Shown here: in pieces, positions 28,442 through 38,489 of the stretch
How the letters are laid out: every line of letters starts with the position of its first letter
How positions within the stretch are numbered: the first letter of the stretch is position 1
Position numbers and translations under genes: made by a program
NCBI GenBank assembly: GCA_934446675.1
Contig: CAKSEL010000002.1
Location: forward strand, 44,386 to 108,385
Direction of reading: 5' to 3'
Length of the DNA: 64,000 nucleotides
DNA from: an uncultured Eubacteriales bacterium
GTDB lineage: Bacteria; Bacillota; Clostridia; Oscillospirales; CAG-382
Notes under the pieces: generated by a model
The model's database searches: none
The model's input: the letters and a program-made list of their open reading frames with translations, nothing else
What the model was told of the DNA's origin: nothing

Positions 28442-28605
28442 TTAATGTTCCTTCTTTCACAATGAATATTTATCAGAATAACACTATAATATGAACCTGA
28501 TGTTAATTCAGCATAAATTAATAGTTCAAGTGCGAAAAAATCAAAGTCCGGAACAGCGCAAAGCCGAACCGGACTGTTTTACATTGCTTTTTATGAGTCC
28601 TTGCC

Positions 28606-28953
28606 TTATATGTCCGCGGTAAGCGCGATAAGCAGTGATTCGTCGTCATACTGTTCGTCGGGCAGCGTATCCTTTGCGCTCATTTTAAGAGCCGCCTTGT
28701 TTCTGCCCTCGAAACCGCATTTATCGCATTTATACAGTATCACAAATCCTTTTTTTGGATCGGGAAATGTTCTTACCGGACGAAGTACGCCGCGGCAATC
28801 GCACGCCCTGTCTCCGGGAAGTATGTCCACATGGAGCGAACACAGGCATCTCGGGCAGTGATTTCTGCTCGTGCGTCCCAAAGGTTCGACCTTAAAGCCG
28901 CAGTTTACGCAGACAAAGCCTTCGTCGTTTTTTGAAAAACGCTTTGTTTCCAT
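28606..28953 (-). CDS. RNHCP domain protein
   Basis: 115 aa containing the literal SRNHCPRCLCSLHVD motif and further Cys pairs. Confidence 0.8.
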   Translation of the reverse strand: METKRFSKNDEGFVCVNCGFKVEPLGRTSRNHCPRCLCSLHVDILPGDRACDCRGVLRPVRTFPDPKKGFVILYKCDKCGFEGRNKAALKMSAKDTLPDEQYDDESLLIALTADI

Positions 28954-28960
28954 AAAAGCT

Positions 28961-30013
28961 TTACTTTCCGCCGTTCTCTCTGACGATGGATTCCCAGAGT
29001 CCGTTGAGATAAGCCGCGCCGAGCGCTCTGTCGTAAAGTCCGTAGCCCGGTCTGCCCTGTTCTCCCCAGATCATGCGTCCGTGGTCGGGTCTTACATATC
29101 CGTCGAAGTTTACGTCGTATGCGGCTTTCATTATCTCATACATATCGAGAGAGCCGCATTCCGTCTTATGCGCCGTTTCGTTGAAATCGCGTCCGCCCAT
29201 ATGCTTGATATTTCTCGCATGGAGGAAGTGTATCTTTCCCTCGCCGCCGAATCTGCGGATAAGATGAGGTATATCGTTATCGGGATTTACACCGAGAGAG
29301 CCTGTGCAGAGCGTAAGTCCGTTATAGGGCGAATCGACAAGCTTTAAAAATCTTTCAAGATTCTTTTCGTTTGTGATTATTCTCGGAAGTCCGAATATGC
29401 CCCATGGCGGATCGTCCGGGTGTATCGCCATCTTGACGTCGTATTCCTCGCACACGGGTATAATTGCCTTTAAGAAATACTCCGTATTCTTCCAGAGCGC
29501 CTCTTCGTCAATGCTCTTATACTCGTCGAGCAGCGCGTCAAGTCCCGCCTTTGTATAGCTTGCGTCCCAGCCGGGCAGCGAAAGGTCGCCCTTTCTCGGA
29601 TCCATTGCAAGAACCTCTGCGTCGCGGTAGATAAGCGACGTCGAACCGTCGGCATTCTTATAATCAAGGCTTGAGCGCAGCCAGTCGAACACCGGCATAA
29701 AGTTATAGCATATTACCTTAACGCCTGCCTTTCCGAGACGTCTGATATTCTCGCAGTAAACCTCGATATACTTATCTCTCGAAGGCTTGCCGAGTTTGAT
29801 GTCCTCATGCACCGGAACGCTCTCGACAATATCGAACACAAGTCCGTGATCTGAACATTTCTTTTTTATGTCCTCTATCGCCTCAGTCGGCCAGACCTCT
29901 CCCGGAGGAACGGAATAAACCGCCGAAACGACGCTTCTCATTGCAGGTATCTGCGATATGTATTCCAGCGTTACCGGATCACTGTCGCCGTACCAGCGAA
30001 AACTCATTTTCAT
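28961..30013 (-). CDS. uxuA: Mannonate dehydratase
   Basis: 350 aa. N-terminus [23 protein letters not shown] is typical of UxuA. Confidence 0.8.
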   Translation of the reverse strand: MKMSFRWYGDSDPVTLEYISQIPAMRSVVSAVYSVPPGEVWPTEAIEDIKKKCSDHGLVFDIVESVPVHEDIKLGKPSRDKYIEVYCENIRRLGKAGVKVICYNFMPVFDWLRSSLDYKNADGSTSLIYRDAEVLAMDPRKGDLSLPGWDASYTKAGLDALLDEYKSIDEEALWKNTEYFLKAIIPVCEEYDVKMAIHPDDPPWGIFGLPRIITNEKNLERFLKLVDSPYNGLTLCTGSLGVNPDNDIPHLIRRFGGEGKIHFLHARNIKHMGGRDFNETAHKTECGSLDMYEIMKAAYDVNFDGYVRPDHGRMIWGEQGRPGYGLYDRALGAAYLNGLWESIVRENGGK

Positions 30014-30042
30014 GTTTGTTTTCTCCTTATTATATAAATTGT

Positions 30043-31038
30043 TTATTTTGCCTTTGCTTTCTGTATGCGTATATCGCTTCCCTCAAATCTGAACGAACGG
30101 AAACTGCCTATAAGCCTTGACGTTATTCTGTCGTCGTAGGTTTTCTTGAAAAGCTGTGTATTATCGAGGTTTGTGCTTATTATCATAGGCTTTGCGCCGT
30201 TAATGCGCGTGTTTATGAGATTATACAGCACGGACTGCGTAAAGGAATTGACAAATTCCGTGCCGAGATCGTCTATGATAAGCAGGTCGCATGAGAAAAA
30301 TCTGTCAGTCTCGTTTCCTGCGTTCTCGTCGCGCTCAAATCTCGAAAGCTCAAACGCACGTATTATATTCTGCGCGCTTTCATACACGACGTCATAGCCC
30401 TTTTCGATTATTCCGCGCGCGATAGCCGTCGTGAGATGGGTTTTGCCAAGTCCCGTCTTTCCTATAAACAAAAGGTTTGACGCATTTTCCGGGTTTCCGA
30501 AATCACAGACGTACTTTTTCGACTTTTCAAGGATACTCGACATGACCTGTCTCGGACTGAGCTTGCCGTCGGGCGCTTTATCGGAATAAAAGTCAAGGTC
30601 AAAGTTTTCAAAGCCCTGATGTTTGAGCGTACTTCCGAGTCCGGCGCTTTCAAACGCCGCCTGAGACAATGCTTTTCTCTTGCAGGAGCACATTTCGACG
30701 CCTACATATCCCGTGTCGCGGCATTTGGGACAGGTATATTTCACTTCCGTGAAATCTTCGGCAAATCCGTTTTGCTTCAACAACTCTTTTCTGTGCTTCT
30801 GAAGATCGAGATTTTCTTTTTTCAGCTTTGCCATGCGTTCCTCAAGTCCGTCCTTACCCATGAGAGCCGCACGGTACACGTTAAGTCCGGTAAGAGAAAG
30901 AGCGTGGTCTATCTCCTTTACCATCGGACACTTTTCGTAGACAAGCTCTGTATGCTCAGCCGCCGTCTGTTCGGCGCGTTTTCTTCTTGCCTCGATAAGC
31001 TCGTCGGCTTTTTTTACCGCGGTTTCCGGATATGACAT
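30043..31038 (-). CDS. DnaC/IstB-like AAA+ ATPase (replication helicase-loader-like) with Cys-rich insert
   Basis: Walker [11 protein letters not shown]. Walker [19 protein letters not shown]...CSC zinc-finger-like block. Confidence 0.7.
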   Translation of the reverse strand: MSYPETAVKKADELIEARRKRAEQTAAEHTELVYEKCPMVKEIDHALSLTGLNVYRAALMGKDGLEERMAKLKKENLDLQKHRKELLKQNGFAEDFTEVKYTCPKCRDTGYVGVEMCSCKRKALSQAAFESAGLGSTLKHQGFENFDLDFYSDKAPDGKLSPRQVMSSILEKSKKYVCDFGNPENASNLLFIGKTGLGKTHLTTAIARGIIEKGYDVVYESAQNIIRAFELSRFERDENAGNETDRFFSCDLLIIDDLGTEFVNSFTQSVLYNLINTRINGAKPMIISTNLDNTQLFKKTYDDRITSRLIGSFRSFRFEGSDIRIQKAKAK

Positions 31039-31255
31039 AAAAATCCGCACCGTCCTTTCAGCATCACTTCAAGTGTATTTTATCACATTTAATTCTTCAA
31101 GTCAATATTTATACGCAAACACGGTACGATTTTTGTAAAATTTTATTCTTATGTAAATTTTCGCTTTTCTTTGCAAAAGAGCATTTTTGTATTGAACAAA
31201 GCGCGGTTTTATGGTAAAATAAACACGGAAACCAACATACAAAGGAAGATAATCC

Positions 31256-32329
31256 ATGTGCAAAAAAGTAATCACGGCAATGAGCGGAGGCGTTGACTCA
31301 TCGGTTGCGGCTCTGTTATTAAATGAGCGCGGATACGAAAACGTCGGCATAACCTTAAAGCTTTACGACAACGAGGACGTCGGAATATCGCGCGAAAAGA
31401 CCTGCTGCAGCATAGACGACATAAACGACGCGCAGAGAGTCTGCGCAAAGCTCGGAATACCGCACTACGTATTCAACTTTTCGGACGATTTTGCAAAATA
31501 CGTCATAGACAACTTTACCGAAACGTACCTCTGCGGAAAAACGCCCAATCCCTGTATCGAATGCAACAGGCACATAAAGTTCAGAATTCTTCTCGAGCGC
31601 GCAAAGCAGATGGATTTTGATTATATTGCGACGGGGCACTATTGCAGCACTGAACGCGACGCCGCTACGGGACGGTATATGTTAAAGAAAGCACTCGACG
31701 ACACCAAGGATCAGACATATGTTCTGTACATGCTGACGCAGGAGCAGCTCTCGCATACGCTCTTCCCTCTCGGAGGAATGACAAAAAAGCAGGTGCGCGA
31801 AATAGCCGAGCAAAGCGGTCTTATTAACGCGCGCAAGCACGACAGCCAGGACATATGCTTTGTAAAGGACGGCGACTACCGTTCGTTTATCGAAAACCGC
31901 ACGGGAAAACACTTTGAATGCGGAGATTTCCGTCTTGCCGACGGCACAAAAGTCGGCACTCACAAGGGCATTATCGGCTACACGACGGGACAGAGAAAAG
32001 GTCTGGGCATTGCGTACTCAGAGCCGTTATACGTCGTAAGCAAGGACGTGGAAAACAACGTAGTCACGGTCGGAAAGCAAAACGAGCTGTTTTCAAAAAG
32101 AGTAAAGGTAAATGACGTAAACTTCATGCCGTTTGAAAGCCTTGCGTCGCCCATGAAAATAAGCGCAAAGCTTCGTTACAAACAAAAAGAAAGTCCGTGT
32201 ACCATGTTTCCGGACGGCGAAAACTCGGTGATTCTCGAATTTGACGAGCCGCAGAGAGCCGTGACATCGGGACAGGCAGCCGTTTTCTATGACGGAGAGT
32301 ATGTCGTCGGCGGCGGCACGATAGTATGA
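31256..32329 (+). CDS. mnmA: tRNA 2-thiouridine(34) synthase
   Basis: PP-loop AMSGGVDSSV. CCS...D and NPCIECN motifs. Confidence 0.93.
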   Translation: MCKKVITAMSGGVDSSVAALLLNERGYENVGITLKLYDNEDVGISREKTCCSIDDINDAQRVCAKLGIPHYVFNFSDDFAKYVIDNFTETYLCGKTPNPCIECNRHIKFRILLERAKQMDFDYIATGHYCSTERDAATGRYMLKKALDDTKDQTYVLYMLTQEQLSHTLFPLGGMTKKQVREIAEQSGLINARKHDSQDICFVKDGDYRSFIENRTGKHFECGDFRLADGTKVGTHKGIIGYTTGQRKGLGIAYSEPLYVVSKDVENNVVTVGKQNELFSKRVKVNDVNFMPFESLASPMKISAKLRYKQKESPCTMFPDGENSVILEFDEPQRAVTSGQAAVFYDGEYVVGGGTIV

Positions 32330-32374
32330 CATTGCGGTTTTAAGCCGGTTTGTGTTCTTTTTTCAAAAAAGGTC

Positions 32375-32403
32375 TTGACAAAATATTTTTTACATGATAT
32401 AAT
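32375..32403 (+). promoter_or_regulatory. Promoter of tRNA-Ser
   Basis: TTGACA (32375-32380), 17-nt spacer, TATAAT (32398-32403). Confidence 0.7.
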
Positions 32404-32443
32404 AATCAAGCTGTCGAAAGCACGGCGGCATTTTATATCAAAC

Positions 32444-32535
32444 GGAAAGATGGCTGAGTTGGTCTAAGGCGCACGACTGGAAATCGTGTTTCGGCTAATA
32501 CCCGAACCAGGGTTCGAATCCCTGTCTTTCCGCCA
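32444..32535 (+). tRNA. tRNA-Ser (anticodon GGA)
   Basis: Manual fold. Acceptor ggaaaga/tctttcc. Anticodon stem cacga/tcgtg with loop cuGGAaa. Long variable arm. T arm caggg-ttcgaat-ccctg. Discriminator G plus CCA. Confidence 0.9.
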
Positions 32536-32679
32536 TAATAAGAACTGCGGTTTTAACATGAGCCGCGGTTCTTTTTTTATTGTTTTCAAAGTTGCAAAGG
32601 ACAAAAAACAAGCCCGGAAAAACTCCGGACCTGAGTTATAATATTCATTTTTCCGTGCGGTACTGCCGGCATGCACATT

Positions 32680-33774
32680 TTACCGTTCTTCAAGAATATC
32701 GGCAATTCTCTTGCAGGCAAATCCGTCGCCGTAAGGATTGCTTGCGTGCGCCATTGCGTTATACGCGTCTTTATCCTCAAGCAGCTGCTTGAAGTTCTTA
32801 TATATGACGTCCTCGTTTGTTCCGACAAGCTTTAAGGTTCCTGCCTTTATGCCCTCGGGACGTTCCGTCGTATCGCGCATTACAAGAACGGGTTTTCCGA
32901 GCGACGGCGCCTCCTCCTGTATTCCGCCGCTGTCGGTAAGTATCATATAGCTTCGCGAGAGGAAGTTATGGAAATCAAGCACTTCGAGAGGTTCGATTAT
33001 ATGTATTCTGTCGCAGTCTCCGAGTTCTTCGTCGGCGGCTTTTCTTACGACGGGATTCATATGTATGGGATATATCGCCTTTACGTCGGGGTGCTCGTCC
33101 ATTATACGGCGTATCGCCCTGAACATATGGTGCATGGGTTCGCCGAGATTTTCGCGTCTGTGCGCGGTTATAACTATAAGTCGGCTGTCCGACGCCCATT
33201 CAAGTTCGGGGTGGGTATAATCTGCGCGCACTGTCGTTTTGAGCGCGTCTATCGCGGTGTTTCCCGTAACAAAAATGCTGTCGGGATCTTTTCCCTCTTT
33301 AAGCAGATTCTGCTTTGAAAGCTCTGTCGGCGCAAAATTGTATTTTGATATTATGCTTACCGCCTGACGGTTGAATTCTTCGGGATACGGAGAATAGATA
33401 TTATACGTGCGCAGTCCTGCCTCGACGTGTCCGACGGGTATTTGCAGATAAAAGCAGGCGAGTGCCGTGACAAACGTCGTAGAAGTATCGCCGTGGACAA
33501 GCACAACGTCGGGCTTTACCTCTTCAAGCACGCTCTTTATGCGGTTCAGTATATTTGTAGTTATATCAAAAAGCGTCTGCTTATCCTTCATTACCGAAAG
33601 GTCATAATCCGGCACTACGCCGAAAGCCTCAAGCACCTGGTCGAGCATCTGTCTGTGCTGTCCGGTAACGCACACGACGGTATTTATGTTTTGTCTTGTT
33701 TTCAGCTCATTTACAAGCGGACACATCTTTATTGCCTCGGGACGTGTTCCGAATACAAGCATTACTGTTTTCAT
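32680..33774 (-). CDS. wecB: UDP-N-acetylglucosamine 2-epimerase (non-hydrolysing)
   Basis: 364 aa. MKTVMLVFGTRPEAIKM, HGDTST, HVEAGLRT and TDSGGIQEEAP motifs. Confidence 0.9.
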   Translation of the reverse strand: MKTVMLVFGTRPEAIKMCPLVNELKTRQNINTVVCVTGQHRQMLDQVLEAFGVVPDYDLSVMKDKQTLFDITTNILNRIKSVLEEVKPDVVLVHGDTSTTFVTALACFYLQIPVGHVEAGLRTYNIYSPYPEEFNRQAVSIISKYNFAPTELSKQNLLKEGKDPDSIFVTGNTAIDALKTTVRADYTHPELEWASDSRLIVITAHRRENLGEPMHHMFRAIRRIMDEHPDVKAIYPIHMNPVVRKAADEELGDCDRIHIIEPLEVLDFHNFLSRSYMILTDSGGIQEEAPSLGKPVLVMRDTTERPEGIKAGTLKLVGTNEDVIYKNFKQLLEDKDAYNAMAHASNPYGDGFACKRIADILEER

Positions 33775-33938
33775 AAATTTCTCCCATAGCAGATAGTAAT
33801 AATAGAACTTTTTATTATTCTACCGCAAATAAGCATTTTTTGCAATACGTTTGCAAGAAATAAATTTCCTGCCGCAGGATTTGTACGGCAGGAGAAAACA
33901 AAAAATCAATATTTTTACGCAAAAACTTTGAAAGCGGT

Positions 33939-34883
33939 TCAGAACTTATTGAAAATATCGTGGTGCTTTCTGACGTTTAAGTTTCTGTCAAGAAAAGCCA
34001 TGTAAAGACCTTCGGTCATATGCGACTCTTCTATCGGGTGAAGATCCGCGACGGGAGATGTGAAAAGTCCCTGCACGATATATCCGACGCCGAGTTTTGA
34101 AAATGTTTCAAGTTCGGATTCAAGGTACGGCAGTCTCTCGTCCTCTGTCGGCGCGCCCCAGCAGCATTCGGTAATAAGAAACGGCTTTCCGAAAGTTTCT
34201 ATATAATCCATAAGTTCGACCGTCTCGGCTTCAAACACGTCCTTTGGCTTATTATGCTGGTTATACGGGTGCAGGCTTATTACGTCAACGGACGGCGCAA
34301 GTCTTATGACGTCGCGTATTTTCTTTTCTCCGTTGAAATAGCAGCACTGCGAGCCGACAGTTATTCTTCTGCCGTCAGCGGTTCTGAGCACGCGTATCAT
34401 TTCTTCGAGAAATTCCGAAACCTTGTCGAATGCGCGGTCATATCCGTAAACGTTGTTATAAGGCTCGTTTGCAATGTCATGCATGAGTATATCGGCGTTC
34501 TTTACCGCATTTACGCAGTCCCTGAGATACACTCTGTACTGTTCGTACATATTTTTTGAAACGCACTCGGCGGTAAATCCTCCGAAAGCCGGAAGTCCGA
34601 ACCAGCCGTTGAAGTACGTGGGTATTATTTTAATGCCCTCCGCGCTGATTATTTCGCACGCGGTCTTTATTGCAGAAAGATATTTTTCTTCATCCGAAAT
34701 GTATGCGTCAAAGGAAAGCCACACTCTTATCGTGTTCATATTCGGAAATTTCTGCTTCCCGGTATGTATCATGGTTTTATAGCGCTGCGCGTCGAATTTC
34801 AGCCACGCGTCTGTTCCCGTAGCTCCCCACTCCGGCTGTATGTTAAATCCGCGCACGTATGAGTATTCGTCTCTCATTCTCAT
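33939..34883 (-). CDS. Clan GH-A (GH5-like) TIM-barrel glycoside hydrolase, cytoplasmic
   Basis: 314 aa with no signal peptide. IANEP (acid/base) and ITECCWG (nucleophile) spacing is typical of GH-A enzymes. Confidence 0.55.
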   Translation of the reverse strand: MRMRDEYSYVRGFNIQPEWGATGTDAWLKFDAQRYKTMIHTGKQKFPNMNTIRVWLSFDAYISDEEKYLSAIKTACEIISAEGIKIIPTYFNGWFGLPAFGGFTAECVSKNMYEQYRVYLRDCVNAVKNADILMHDIANEPYNNVYGYDRAFDKVSEFLEEMIRVLRTADGRRITVGSQCCYFNGEKKIRDVIRLAPSVDVISLHPYNQHNKPKDVFEAETVELMDYIETFGKPFLITECCWGAPTEDERLPYLESELETFSKLGVGYIVQGLFTSPVADLHPIEESHMTEGLYMAFLDRNLNVRKHHDIFNKF

Positions 34884-35031
34884 TCTTACGGTCTCATTTT
34901 TATATTTCGGACTATATCCGGATTATACCGTGAAGCAAAAGTGTTTGCTTGCGGCGCAATGCTTTTTGTGTGTACATTATACCTTATTTTTCAATGAAAC
35001 ATTCTGCCGCAAAATTTGAAGTATTCTGCTT

Positions 35032-35376
35032 TTATTTGCCGTGCTCAGAACGCCTGTATTTGTCCGGCGTCATGCCGTAACGCTTTGAAAACTGCCTTAT
35101 AAAATGTTAGGTGCTGTTATATCCGCACATATTTGCTATGTCCGACACGGAATACTCTCCGTACACTAGCATCGCCGCGGCTTTATCGGTGCGCACCCGT
35201 ATTATATCGGCGTTAAGCGCAGTTCCGAACAGTTCTTTGTACAGGTGCTGAAAATACGACGTGCTCATATACATTTTTGCCGCAAGCTCCGGGGCGTTAT
35301 ATGATTTTTCGGCATTGTCAACCGGTTTTATGCACACACAAAAGAACCGCGCCGAAAAGCGCGGTTCGTGAATCAT
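35032..35376 (-). pseudogene. AraC-family HTH-domain remnant with an in-frame stop
   Basis: Only the C-terminal double-HTH region is present. An in-frame TAA (35107-35109) separates ...DIANMCGYNST from HFIRQFSKRYGMTPDKYRR. The 5' end overlaps the upstream deacetylase gene. Confidence 0.65.
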
Positions 35377-36086
35377 TCAAGTTCAGCCGTGCCTTCGTTA
35401 AGTTCCATAAGTTCGGACACGGTTACAAAGCTGTATCCTTTTTCCCTTAGTTCGGGAAGAATTACCTTGAGTGCGTCCGGCGTGGGACTGCCCTTTACGT
35501 TATAGTCGTGAAACAGGATTATATCTCCGTTCTGAAGATTGCCCAGCACCGTATTTACAACGGACGAGACCGGAGGTCTTGACCAGTCGCGCGTGTCCTG
35601 GCGCCACGACCACAGCACAGGCGTGCAGTCGTAGCTCTCTATGGTCTTGATAATCCCGTCGTCAAAATATCCTCCCGGAGAACGGAACAGCCGCGGTGCT
35701 TTTCCCGTGATATCCTCGACTATTTTCTGAGTTTTTTCTATCTCGTTCACAAGCTCCGACGCGCCTATTACTTTCATTTTCGGGTGGGAATAGGTGTGAT
35801 TTCCTATCTCGTGTCCCTCGTCAAACTCACGCTTTACAAGTTCGGGATTTTTTTCGGCGTTCTGCCCTATTACAAAAAACGTAGCCTTTGCGTCGTATTT
35901 TTTCAGAATATCGAGTATCTGCGCGGTATATTCCGTATGAGGTCCGTCGTCAAAGGTAAGAGCCACGTATTTCCCTGCCGATCGGTTTGCGGCAAACACG
36001 TCGTTTTTCCCGGCGGCGCAGACCGCACACGAAAGCAAAAGCACCGCAAGACAAGCACATAAAAGTGCAAAAACTCTCTTTTTCAT
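35373..36086 (-). CDS. Secreted polysaccharide deacetylase (NodB homology domain)
   Basis: Signal peptide. TFDDGP, HTYSHP and NodB motifs. Confidence 0.85.
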   Translation of the reverse strand: MKKRVFALLCACLAVLLLSCAVCAAGKNDVFAANRSAGKYVALTFDDGPHTEYTAQILDILKKYDAKATFFVIGQNAEKNPELVKREFDEGHEIGNHTYSHPKMKVIGASELVNEIEKTQKIVEDITGKAPRLFRSPGGYFDDGIIKTIESYDCTPVLWSWRQDTRDWSRPPVSSVVNTVLGNLQNGDIILFHDYNVKGSPTPDALKVILPELREKGYSFVTVSELMELNEGTAELE

Positions 36087-36105
36087 GTTATCTTACACTT
36101 CTTTC

Positions 36106-36864
36106 TTATCTGAAATCGTCAAGCGAACAGAATTCGTAGCCTTTATCTTTCATGTCCTTTATAAAGCTTTCGAGAATGGCGGCGTTTGTGCTTGACGTCG
36201 GGTGAAACAGTGCGACGCAGCCGTTATGCACGCGCGATTCCACAAGCGAAAGAGCCTTGTCGGGCGGCATTTGTCTGTTTTCGTCCCAGTCTGCATATGC
36301 AAGACTCCAGAAAACCGTCTTATATCCGAGTTTGTTTGCCATTTCCAGATTCAGCTTTGAAAAAGTACCCTCCGGCGGTCTGTAATATTTATCCGCCTCA
36401 AATCCGCACTTTTCGCGCACGACGTCCTCCAGTCCGCAAAGCTCCGCCTTAAAGGTTTCAAAATCAGTAACTCCGCTCATGTTCCTGTGGGACTTTGTAT
36501 GATTGCACACAAGGTGTCCTTCGTCCTTCATTCTCTTCACAAGCTCGGTATTTTCCTTGGCTATCTGCGGCAGAATAAAGAAAGCTCCGGGGACGTTCTG
36601 TTCTTTTAATACATTCAGTATCTTTTCGACGTTTCCGTTTTCGTATCCTGCGTCAAAAGTAAGATATATTCTCTTTTCATCGGGATTTCCGAGATATATC
36701 GCGCCGTTTTCCTTTGCAAATCCCGCAGCTTCCGGGCAGCATTGGGGCTGGACGTTATCTTTTGCCGGCTTGAAATACCAGCCTATGCTCTCGGATCTTA
36801 CCCTGTGCGGTACCGAAAAACACAGCGTCAGCAAAAACAGCGCGGCAAGCATCTTTTTTTTCAT
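36106..36864 (-). CDS. pdaA: Polysaccharide deacetylase, PdaA-like (sporulation delta-lactam type)
   Basis: Signal peptide. GWYFKP..., LTFDAGYENG and NHTKSH are typical of PdaA-like proteins. Confidence 0.6.
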   Translation of the reverse strand: MKKKMLAALFLLTLCFSVPHRVRSESIGWYFKPAKDNVQPQCCPEAAGFAKENGAIYLGNPDEKRIYLTFDAGYENGNVEKILNVLKEQNVPGAFFILPQIAKENTELVKRMKDEGHLVCNHTKSHRNMSGVTDFETFKAELCGLEDVVREKCGFEADKYYRPPEGTFSKLNLEMANKLGYKTVFWSLAYADWDENRQMPPDKALSLVESRVHNGCVALFHPTSSTNAAILESFIKDMKDKGYEFCSLDDFR

Positions 36865-37089
36865 TTTTTCACATCTCCTCGCATTTTTGATGCCGTTTTT
36901 ATTGTCTGCGTTTTACATAGGCTTTATTATGCCCATTTTTACCTTTGCACTGCATAATCTCTGCATAAAATCGCGTTTATGCACTTTAATATTCATTTAA
37001 AAAGTGTCTGATTTTGATGTATATATTGTAAAGAATATAACAAATATAAGTTCAAATGCATAAAAAATGTAAATTCATGCGGTTTTCTA

Positions 37090-37118
37090 TTGATTTTATC
37101 AAAAAGCGGTGGTATAAT
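37090..37118 (+). promoter_or_regulatory. Promoter of the arg operon
   Basis: TTGATT (37090-37095), 17-nt spacer, TATAAT (37113-37118). AT-rich TGAAT/ATTCA-like half sites lie just upstream (37056-37080). Confidence 0.6.
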
Positions 37119-37157
37119 TCAGACAATAAAAAAATTCTTGCAAAAAAGGTGACGAAA

Positions 37158-38384
37158 ATGGATAAGACAAAAATCAAAAAGGTAGTTCTCGCATATTCCG
37201 GAGGACTTGATACATCTATCATTATTCCGTGGCTCAAGGAAAACTACAACAACTGCGAAGTAATCGCCGTTTCCGGAAACGTAGGTCAGGCGGACGAGCT
37301 TGAAGGTCTTGAAGAAAAGGCTCTCAAAACCGGCGCGTCGAAGCTCTATGTTGAAGATCTCACCGACGAATTTGTAGACGATTTCATTGTTCCTACCGTA
37401 AAGGCAGGAGCGCTGTACGAAAAATATATGCTCGGCACAAGCTTTGCACGTCCCGTAATCGCAAAGCGTCTTGTTGAAATAGCTCTCAAAGAGGGCGCGG
37501 ACGCGATCTGCCACGGCTGCACCGGCAAAGGCAACGATCAGGTTCGTTTTGAACTTGCGGTAAAGGCTCTCGCCCCCGACATGCCGATTATCGCGCCCTG
37601 GCGTGAGTGGGACATCAAGAGCCGCGACGAAGAAATAGATTACGCGGAGGCTCACAACATTCCCCTTAAAATAAACCGCGAAACAAACTATTCAAAGGAC
37701 AAGAACCTCTGGCATCTTTCGCACGAAGGACTTGATCTTGAGGACGCAGGAAACGAGCCGCTTTACGAAAAGAAGGGATTTCTTGAAATGGGCGTATCTC
37801 CCATCGACGCTCCCGACAAGCCCACTTACATAACCCTCGATTTTGAAAAAGGCGTTCCCGTTGCATTCAACGACAAGAAAATGAGCGCAAAGGAGATCGT
37901 CCTTGAACTCAACAAGGTCGGCGGAGAAAACGGAATCGGTCTTCTCGACATAGTAGAAAACCGTCTTGTAGGCATGAAGTGCCGCGGCGTATACGAAACT
38001 CCCGGCGGAGCTATTCTGTATGCGGCTCACGAATACCTCGAAACGCTCACCCTTGACAAGATGACCTCTCACAAGAAAGAGGAGCTTGCAATTACCTTTG
38101 CGGAACTCGTATACAACGGTCAGTGGTTCTCGCCTTTGCGCGAAGCTCTGAGTGCCTTTGTTGACAAAACTCAGGAAACCGTAACGGGCAAGGTTAAGCT
38201 CAAGCTCTACAAGGGCAACATCATAAAAGCAGGCGCATGGAGCGACTACACGCTGTATTCTGAGGAGATTGCAACCTTCGGCGAGGATCACGTATACAAT
38301 CAGGCGGACGCTACGGGCTTTATCAACCTCTACGGACTTCCCACAACGGTTCGTGCACGCGCTCAGAAAAACTGGAAAAAGTAA
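37158..38384 (+). CDS. argG: Argininosuccinate synthase
   Basis: Start [20 protein letters not shown] (PP-loop), preceded by aaaggtga. Confidence 0.93.
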   Translation: MDKTKIKKVVLAYSGGLDTSIIIPWLKENYNNCEVIAVSGNVGQADELEGLEEKALKTGASKLYVEDLTDEFVDDFIVPTVKAGALYEKYMLGTSFARPVIAKRLVEIALKEGADAICHGCTGKGNDQVRFELAVKALAPDMPIIAPWREWDIKSRDEEIDYAEAHNIPLKINRETNYSKDKNLWHLSHEGLDLEDAGNEPLYEKKGFLEMGVSPIDAPDKPTYITLDFEKGVPVAFNDKKMSAKEIVLELNKVGGENGIGLLDIVENRLVGMKCRGVYETPGGAILYAAHEYLETLTLDKMTSHKKEELAITFAELVYNGQWFSPLREALSAFVDKTQETVTGKVKLKLYKGNIIKAGAWSDYTLYSEEIATFGEDHVYNQADATGFINLYGLPTTVRARAQKNWKK

Positions 38385-38489
38385 TCAAATACAACAATTA
38401 TAACAGGGCAAGCCTAAACTTGCCCTGAATTTAATTATCGACACCGCTTAATTTGACACCGCATAACAGATGAAAGGTTTGCTGAAAAT

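Noticed and set aside
32444-33774. Integration hotspot or prophage remnant next to tRNA-Ser.
   Set aside because: The tRNA is followed directly by wecB and glycan-related chromosomal genes. There is no integrase and no repeat of the tRNA 3' end.
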